Shown here one piece after another: positions 57,544 to 64,000 of a DNA stretch of 64,000 bases (the first letter of the stretch is position 1; each line of letters opens with the position of its first letter). Source of the stretch: Bacteroides sp. UBA1317 (GTDB taxonomy: Bacteria; Bacteroidota; Bacteroidia; Bacteroidales; Bacteroidaceae); contig DBTL01000091.1 of assembly GCA_002307035.1 (NCBI GenBank), positions 11,175 to 75,174 of the forward strand, written 5' to 3'. The position numbers and the translations under genes were made by a program. The notes below the pieces were generated by a model. The model worked only from the letters and a program-made list of their open reading frames with translations, was not told where the DNA came from and ran no database searches.

Positions 57544-59372
57544 TATCCAATCTTCATTATTACATCATCTTCAGAAATCGCATCTCCCGAGGCAAAGTTG
57601 ATTGCCGTTACCGTTCCGCCAAACTCCGCACGAATAGCATTGTAGGTCTTCATGGCTTCCACATAGCAAATCACATCTCCTTGCTTAACAACATCCCCTA
57701 CCTGCAGGGCATTTTCAGAAGCATTTTTAGTGAGGAAGAACTTGCCCTCCAACGGAGAAAGAACATCTTTACCTTCACCCGAAGCCACCGGTGTTGAATT
57801 TGTAGCAGGTAGTTTGGCATCACCATAGGCCACCGTCACCTTATAGTCCTGACCGTCTACTTGTACCGTAAGTGTTTTAGGTTTCGTATCTTCTTCCGGA
57901 GATTTATTTTTTTCAGCACGACGCTTGGCTACATCTTCCAAGAAATCTTCTTTGGCTTTACCGCTCTTATATGCTTCATATTGAGCGGGATGCATGGCAT
58001 ACTCAAAGAGCTCTTCGTCATCCTTGCCGACCTCCCACTTATTCTCTTTCATCAATTTACGATACTTATCGAGTGCGTCCGGATAGTTATCTTGTGGGTT
58101 ACCGTCAAAAAACTTACGACCTTCCCGTTCTGCCTTTTCTATGATTTCTGGAGCCAGCGTTCCCGGTAGTCTTCCTGCTTTTCCGAGCAACATGTCCCAG
58201 ATATCGTCGGCTATCATCCCCCAACGTTCCTTGTCTTTCTCCATAGCCATTACATTCATCATAGCCAGATTCTTCACATACTGACTGAAAGGGGTAACCA
58301 AAGGAGGATAACCCACACGAGGCCACACGTAAGCCACTTCATTAAAAAGTTTAATGAGCAACTCATCTTGCGACATAAAAGGCAAATTATGCTTTGCTTT
58401 GTATTTGTTGATCGACTCCAGATTGGAATCTAAGTCGGCCATCAAACTTCCCATCATTCCACCCGGCAGTCCCGGTCCAATGAGTAATGAGTTCATCAAG
58501 CGGTTCTTCGGGCTGATGTATAATCCCAGAAAGTCGTCCATGAATTCCTGAATCATGCCGCGTACTTTCATGTAAGCTTCCATATTGATTTCCGGAACCT
58601 GATAACCGGCATCCTTCAACATAGCCTGTACGCTAAGCAGATCGGCATGCCCCGTTCCCCATGAAAGAGGTTCCATGCCTACGTCAATGTAATCGCATCC
58701 GGCCTCACATACTTCCAAAATAGAAGCCATGTTAAATCCGGGACCGGCGTGACTATGATACTGCACCGGAATTTCAGGATGTGCTTTCTTTATGTTGGCT
58801 ACGATTTTCCCCAAAGAAACGGGGCGACCAACACCTGCCATATCTTTCACACAGATTTCGTCCGCCCCGAGTTTAATTAGTTCTAAAGCCATATTGGTGT
58901 AATACTCCACCGTGTGGATAGGCGAGTGAGTGATACAAAGAGAGCATTGAGAAATCATACCGGCCTCTTTTGCATATTCTATAGAAGGAGCAATATTACG
59001 CACATCATTCAATCCGCAAAAAGTACGGGTAATGTCCGTGCCCTGAGCCATCTTTACTTTATAAAACAACTTGCGCACATCTGCCGGCACAGGACTCATG
59101 CGAAGTCCGTTCAGCGCCCTATCTAGCATGTGCGTTTGAATACCTGCTTCGTGAAAAGGCTTTGTCCAGTCACGCACTGCTTTATTCGGATTTTCGCCAA
59201 ACAACAAATTTACTTGTTCAAAACCGCCCCCATTTGTCTCTACACGGGCAAAACAACCCATTTCTATAATGGCCGGCGCAACTTTAATCAGTTGATCTAC
59301 CCGAGGAACATATTTACCGGCTGATTGCCACATGTCTCTGAATACCAAACTAAACTTTATTTCTTTTTTCAT
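57543..59372 (-). CDS. oadA: Oxaloacetate decarboxylase alpha (carboxyltransferase + biotinyl domain)
   Basis: RDMWQS, KDMAG, HSH, GYPPLVTPFSQ, EAMKT biotin site. Confidence 0.9.
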   Translation of the reverse strand: MKKEIKFSLVFRDMWQSAGKYVPRVDQLIKVAPAIIEMGCFARVETNGGGFEQVNLLFGENPNKAVRDWTKPFHEAGIQTHMLDRALNGLRMSPVPADVRKLFYKVKMAQGTDITRTFCGLNDVRNIAPSIEYAKEAGMISQCSLCITHSPIHTVEYYTNMALELIKLGADEICVKDMAGVGRPVSLGKIVANIKKAHPEIPVQYHSHAGPGFNMASILEVCEAGCDYIDVGMEPLSWGTGHADLLSVQAMLKDAGYQVPEINMEAYMKVRGMIQEFMDDFLGLYISPKNRLMNSLLIGPGLPGGMMGSLMADLDSNLESINKYKAKHNLPFMSQDELLIKLFNEVAYVWPRVGYPPLVTPFSQYVKNLAMMNVMAMEKDKERWGMIADDIWDMLLGKAGRLPGTLAPEIIEKAEREGRKFFDGNPQDNYPDALDKYRKLMKENKWEVGKDDEELFEYAMHPAQYEAYKSGKAKEDFLEDVAKRRAEKNKSPEEDTKPKTLTVQVDGQDYKVTVAYGDAKLPATNSTPVASGEGKDVLSPLEGKFFLTKNASENALQVGDVVKQGDVICYVEAMKTYNAIRAEFGGTVTAINFASGDAISEDDVIMKIG

Positions 59373-59444
59373 ATATTATTAGATGAAATGTTGAACAGCA
59401 AAATATTCCAATCACAACTGCTCAATGATTATACATTATCAAGA

Positions 59445-59705
59445 TTATAACTTTTCTATTTTTGAAACTTTCCCCTTGCCATGTGTCACCACATTGACAG
59501 CAGCCGTAATAGCAGCGAGAATATTTCCGGGTATTGGCACCGGGCCTTTGGCAGGCATTTGTTTCAGAGGAATTTCTTCTTCAGGGGCATATTTATTCAC
59601 CAGAAAGATGAGGGATTTCCCCAAATAGATGACTAGTATTAGAATGGCAAAGACAGTGCCCATCCCCACAACCAGCAACAAGAGAGCTGTTTCAATATTT
59701 TCCAT
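59445..59705 (-). CDS. oadG: Oxaloacetate decarboxylase gamma subunit (OadG family)
   Basis: Start at MENIETALLL; GMGTVFAIL TM; AAITAAV. Confidence 0.88.
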   Translation of the reverse strand: MENIETALLLLVVGMGTVFAILILVIYLGKSLIFLVNKYAPEEEIPLKQMPAKGPVPIPGNILAAITAAVNVVTHGKGKVSKIEKL

Positions 59706-59895
59706 ACAGTAATTAGGATTTAGTATTTGTAAGTAATTCAAGTCGGTTTACAAGAAATCGTCACAATATACCAACTAAATGTAATAGAAAAAAGAAGAAA
59801 ATGAATAAAAAATGCTAAATAGGAATAATCTAAATATTTATTCAAATAGTATTAAGAATTGGCAGCGATAGCAAAATCGCGTAATAACAGAATAC

Positions 59896-59938
59896 AAAAG
59901 CACAATTACAAGACTTATTCATCCTGTAATTGTGCTTT
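59896..59938 (-). terminator. Terminator of prfC
   Basis: AAAGCACAATTACA...TGTAATTGTGCTTT. Confidence 0.7.
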
Positions 59939-59976
59939 CAAAAGCTTCTTTATATTTAAAAAGAAGAAATAAAGAA

Positions 59977-61542
59977 TCAAAATTCGCTTGAGAAGTGGAA
60001 CTTGATATTCTTAAAGTCTATTTGTGCCATCTGTAGCACGTAATTGCTATCAGCCAAGAAGACGTCGCGCCCCTCGCGGTCTTTGGCCATGTATTGGTAT
60101 TTGCGTTTCTTGAAAGCATCCAGCTGCTCAGCATCATCACTCTCTATCCAACAGGCTTTGTACAGGCTAAGAGGTTCCCAACGACAAGAGGCATTGTATT
60201 CATTCAACAAACGGTATTGAATAACTTCGAACTGTAACTGACCTACCGTACCGATGATTTTACGACCATTGAACTGATTAACGAATAACTGTGCCACACC
60301 CTCATCCATCAATTGGTCAATACCTTTGGCCAACTGCTTTTGCTTCATTGGGTCGGCATTCTCAATGTACTTGAACATCTCTGGAGAGAAGCTGGGCAAA
60401 CCACGGAAGTGCAACAATTCGCCTTCAGTGAGTGTATCACCTATCTTAAAGGTGCCATTATCCGGCAAACCGATAATATCTCCTGCCCAAGCCTCATCAA
60501 TGGTAGTTTTACGTTGCGCCATAAATTGTGTGGGCGATGAGAAACGCATTGTCTTGCCATGGCGAACATGTAAATAAGGAGCATTACGCAAGAACTTACC
60601 TGAGCAGATTTTGCAGAAAGCCACGCACGAACGATGGTTCGGGTCAATATTGGCTGTTATCTTAAAGATAAATCCGGTAAACTTAGCATCATTGGGCTTT
60701 ACTTCACGTTCTTCGGCTTCCACAGGGCGGGGACTGGGAGCTATCTTCACAAAGCAATCCAGTAGTTCCTGCACACCAAAGTTATTGAGTGCCGAACCGA
60801 AGAAAACAGGTGCGATCTCGGCTTTCAAATAGTCATCCACACAGAACTCGCTATAAACGCCGTTAATCAATTCCAAGTCAGCACGAAGTTTTTCGGCCTG
60901 TCCCTGCCCGATAATTTTATCCAATTCAGTACTGTTGAGATCCACAGCCACTTTTTCCGTTACCACTTGCTTAGAAGGTTGATAAAGGTCCAGCTTTTCT
61001 TCATATATATTATAGACACCTTTGAAGCGGGCACCCTGATCTATTGGCCATGAAAGAGGGCGAACACTGATATGAAGCTCCTCTTCCAACTCGTCCAGAA
61101 GGTCAAACGGGTCACGTCCCTCACGGTCCATCTTGTTGACGAAGATGATTACCGGCGTATTGCGCATGCGGCACACTTCCATCAACTTCCTTGTTTGCGC
61201 TTCCACACCTTTGGCACCGTCGACAACGATGATAACACTATCCACCGCCGTAAGTGTACGGAAAGTATCTTCCGCAAAATCCTGGTGACCCGGAGTATCG
61301 AGAATGTTCACCTTGTAGTCACGGTAATCAAACTCCATCACCGAAGTGGTAACCGAGATACCGCGTTGCTTCTCAATCTCCATCCAGTCGCTCGTTGCCG
61401 TCTTCTTTATCTTATTGCTTTTCACCGCACCGGCTACCTGAATTTGTCCTCCAAACAGAAGAAGTTTCTCTGTCAAAGTCGTTTTACCCGCATCGGGGTG
61501 TGAGATAATGGCGAACGTACGCCTTCTTTCTATTTCATTCAT
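59977..61542 (-). CDS. prfC: Peptide chain release factor 3
   Basis: [37 protein letters not shown]. Confidence 0.98.
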   Translation of the reverse strand: MNEIERRRTFAIISHPDAGKTTLTEKLLLFGGQIQVAGAVKSNKIKKTATSDWMEIEKQRGISVTTSVMEFDYRDYKVNILDTPGHQDFAEDTFRTLTAVDSVIIVVDGAKGVEAQTRKLMEVCRMRNTPVIIFVNKMDREGRDPFDLLDELEEELHISVRPLSWPIDQGARFKGVYNIYEEKLDLYQPSKQVVTEKVAVDLNSTELDKIIGQGQAEKLRADLELINGVYSEFCVDDYLKAEIAPVFFGSALNNFGVQELLDCFVKIAPSPRPVEAEEREVKPNDAKFTGFIFKITANIDPNHRSCVAFCKICSGKFLRNAPYLHVRHGKTMRFSSPTQFMAQRKTTIDEAWAGDIIGLPDNGTFKIGDTLTEGELLHFRGLPSFSPEMFKYIENADPMKQKQLAKGIDQLMDEGVAQLFVNQFNGRKIIGTVGQLQFEVIQYRLLNEYNASCRWEPLSLYKACWIESDDAEQLDAFKKRKYQYMAKDREGRDVFLADSNYVLQMAQIDFKNIKFHFSSEF

Positions 61543-61627
61543 AATGATTCGTATCACCCTCCCTCTAAAACAAAGAGAACGGATAAACTGATTTTTGTTA
61601 CTTAATTAATTTCATGTTCAGAAGCTA

Positions 61628-62497
61628 TCATTTCTCAGCAGAAGCGGAAGATAAGATAGTCATGCAATGTCTCAGACTCTCTTCCCAATGGGGAATCTCA
61701 AGCCCGAAAGTTTCTTTTATCTTTGTTTTATCGAGCACCGAATAGTGCGGACGCGCAGCCTTGGTTGGGTAATCCGCTGTGTGCAAAGGACGGACTTTGC
61801 ACGAATCAATGCCTGCCATGCGATGAATAGCCAACGTAAAGTCGTACCATGAACAAACACCTTCATTGCTAAAGTGATATACGCCCCGTACTATACCTTT
61901 ATTTATTATAGCATAGATGGCAACAGCCAAATCGCGCGCATAGGTAGGTGTGCCAACCTGATCAAAGATAACACCCAGGCTATCACGCTCACGCCCCAAG
62001 CGGATCATTGTCTTCACAAAGTTACTTCCATAAATGGAGTAGAGCCATGCCGTACGGATCACAGCCGATTTCTCACAAAAAGCCAAGACCTTCTCCTCAC
62101 CCGCCAGTTTGGTCGTTCCATAAACGGAAGCCGGACAAGTCTGTTCCTCTTCGGTATAAGGGATATGGTTTGTCCCGTTAAACACATAATCGGTAGATAC
62201 TTGTATCATAGCCGCTCCACGACTTTGTGCAGCAGCAGCCAAATAACCGGGAGCAATATTGTTCAGTTTATCACAGAGCTCTTTATTATCTTCCGCATTA
62301 TCCACTGCCGTATATGCGGCACAGTTTACAATTACATCTATTTGATTCTCTGCAACATAAGCTTCAATAGCTTGTTGGTTACATATATCGAGTTCCTGCA
62401 CATCGGTAAAGAAGTACGTATGCTGAGCGTTGTCTTTGGAGAGAACACGCATTTCGTTTCCCAACTGTCCGTTAGCTCCGGTAACAAGTATATTCAT
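61628..62497 (-). CDS. rfbD: dTDP-4-dehydrorhamnose reductase
   Basis: GANGQLG, NCAAYTAVD, STDYVF, YGTTKLAGE, DQVGTPT. Confidence 0.96.
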   Translation of the reverse strand: MNILVTGANGQLGNEMRVLSKDNAQHTYFFTDVQELDICNQQAIEAYVAENQIDVIVNCAAYTAVDNAEDNKELCDKLNNIAPGYLAAAAQSRGAAMIQVSTDYVFNGTNHIPYTEEEQTCPASVYGTTKLAGEEKVLAFCEKSAVIRTAWLYSIYGSNFVKTMIRLGRERDSLGVIFDQVGTPTYARDLAVAIYAIINKGIVRGVYHFSNEGVCSWYDFTLAIHRMAGIDSCKVRPLHTADYPTKAARPHYSVLDKTKIKETFGLEIPHWEESLRHCMTILSSASAEK

Positions 62498-62498
62498 A

Positions 62499-63044
62499 TC
62501 AATCTAATTTTAATTCTCCTTTTTTATCCTTATCATAATAATTGGCCAGCATCGAGAGCAAATTGGTGATAGATTCAATCGCCTTTAGCGTTCCTTCACT
62601 AACCACTTTTTTTTGTAGTCTTAAGAGCATCACCCCATACAAAGCCTCAAAACATGTTTCTAGTTCAGGCTCTTCTTTCTTTTCGCCCTTCGCACGCAGT
62701 TCCACAATAAAAGGTAGAGCCTTAAAATAAGCACCATTGTAAAATGGAAACTGAGGTGAATTCAACAAAGTATTATGCAACTCAGTCAGATTGATAATCA
62801 CATTCCTGTTTATCTGCAGATGCCCTTTCTCTTTTACTCCCTCCTCGCGCATCATGTTCACCAAGTCAGCATACCACTGCTTCAAAGTACTCCGTTCCTC
62901 ATCAGACACCTGATAAGCAGAGATTATATTCCGTTCTAATTGGTCTATATCGCAATCATTGGCTCTTATCAAGTCCTCTATCTGCCACATATATATCAGA
63001 TATTCAGCTATATTCTTATCTTTCAATTGTTGCGCTATTTGCAT
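62499..63044 (-). CDS. Conserved Bacteroidetes protein (DUF4924-like)
   Basis: NIAEYLIYMWQIEDLIRA...GHLQIN...CFEALYG. Confidence 0.75.
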   Translation of the reverse strand: MQIAQQLKDKNIAEYLIYMWQIEDLIRANDCDIDQLERNIISAYQVSDEERSTLKQWYADLVNMMREEGVKEKGHLQINRNVIINLTELHNTLLNSPQFPFYNGAYFKALPFIVELRAKGEKKEEPELETCFEALYGVMLLRLQKKVVSEGTLKAIESITNLLSMLANYYDKDKKGELKLD

Positions 63045-63106
63045 TGCTCTAATTATTATTGAGAAGTCAATTTGTTATAATAGAAAATCGGAAATAGAAA
63101 AGAAAT

Positions 63107-63763
63107 CTAATAAAGCGAGGCTCCAAGTAATGTAAAGATGAGGCCCAACAATGACACGACAATAACCGCTCCACCAATAATTCGGTTAATAAGCCAGATT
63201 CCTCGTAAATTAAAACGTGTGCGTACCTTACTGACAAAAAACGTCAGACTAAACCACCACGTCAAAGCCCCCATCACAATAGCCGAATAACCTATCACTT
63301 CTTCAAAAACAGGGATGCCGGGTAACACAAAAGCAAACCGGGCAAACAAACCGATAAAAAGAAAGATAATAAGTGGATTGGATAGTGTTACAGCAAAAGC
63401 CGTTATAAAATTATGGAAATATGTGCCTTTACTGGAAGGAGCAGGACGAATAGATTGTACCGGATTACTGCGAAAGGTATAATAACCAAAAGCAAGGAGC
63501 ATCACACTACCCAATAACTGCAAATAGAAGATGTTAGCATTAATAAAGTCGAAGATGAAACTCATGCCATAGCCGGTAAGCAATGCATAGGCTATATCAC
63601 TAAGCGAAGCACCAAGTCCGGTTACAAAACCATACCAACGGCCTTTGTTTAAAGTTCGTTGAATGCAAAGTACCCCCACAGGCCCTAGTGGTGCAGAAAC
63701 CACGACGCCTATAATGAAACCTTTTATCAATAAGTCTAATATGGTGACCTCTATTTGAAACAT
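63107..63763 (-). CDS. LysE family translocator
   Basis: APLGPVGVLCIQRTL..G...GFVTGLGA..SD; TLSNP. Confidence 0.9.
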   Translation of the reverse strand: MFQIEVTILDLLIKGFIIGVVVSAPLGPVGVLCIQRTLNKGRWYGFVTGLGASLSDIAYALLTGYGMSFIFDFINANIFYLQLLGSVMLLAFGYYTFRSNPVQSIRPAPSSKGTYFHNFITAFAVTLSNPLIIFLFIGLFARFAFVLPGIPVFEEVIGYSAIVMGALTWWFSLTFFVSKVRTRFNLRGIWLINRIIGGAVIVVSLLGLIFTLLGASLY

Positions 63764-64000
63764 GGCGCAAATATCGTATTTTTTTGCGAGACGTGGATAT
63801 TCTGTTAACGTTTTTTCGTGACATAAATAGTTTAAAACAGTATATTTCGAGCATAATAATGAAACGGAACAACAAATAAACAGTAAAAAAAGCCCAACGA
63901 AGAACTCACCAATCTATACATCAGAATGTTTAGTCTATAGTTTTGAAATGTCTAATCAAAGATCATTCACCCCTATCCAGATAGTTTTTCAATGGAATAA

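Noticed and set aside
59977-61542. Functional link between RF3 and the candidate rescue factor
   Set aside because: They are 36 kb apart, and prfC sits in its usual rfbD cluster; co-occurrence is uninformative.
61874-62569. 231-aa plus-strand ORF and the many other short antisense ORFs
   Set aside because: Shadow frames of well-supported genes with no recognisable motifs.

Overview
A 64-kb window of mostly core chromosome from a Bacteroides-type genome. The assignment rests on gene content, SusC/SusD, and many TAnnTTTG -7 promoter boxes; the species cannot be determined from the sequence. Housekeeping genes include kup, pheS, nth, pgk, maf, kdsC, fba, type-B L31, a PBP1A, prfC and rfbD. The window also holds an OmpR-type two-component system, two Na+-pumping decarboxylase operons (methylmalonyl-CoA and oxaloacetate), a TonB siderophore receptor/PepSY pair, and a starch/maltodextrin PUL (susC, susD, susE-like, GH13, LacI, MFS, GH65) with a distant SusA-like GH13. 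I saw no rRNA, tRNA, CRISPR array, transposase or integrase. The top finding is a 62-aa basic ORF (23974-24162) with an intrinsic terminator inside its 3' end and a C-terminal LAA. This is the non-stop-mRNA, tmRNA-controlled architecture of the alternative ribosome-rescue factors ArfA/BrfA, so it is a candidate Bacteroidetes rescue factor. Other findings: two paralogous ~70-nt sRNA genes inside a dispersed ~400-bp element with a micro-inversion; a second dispersed palindromic repeat with a compensatory change; LacI-type operators at identical spacing upstream of susC and the distant GH13; four 11-bp-phased boxes beside the two-component system; and a sigma54-type promoter. All family names come from motif recognition, not database searches.
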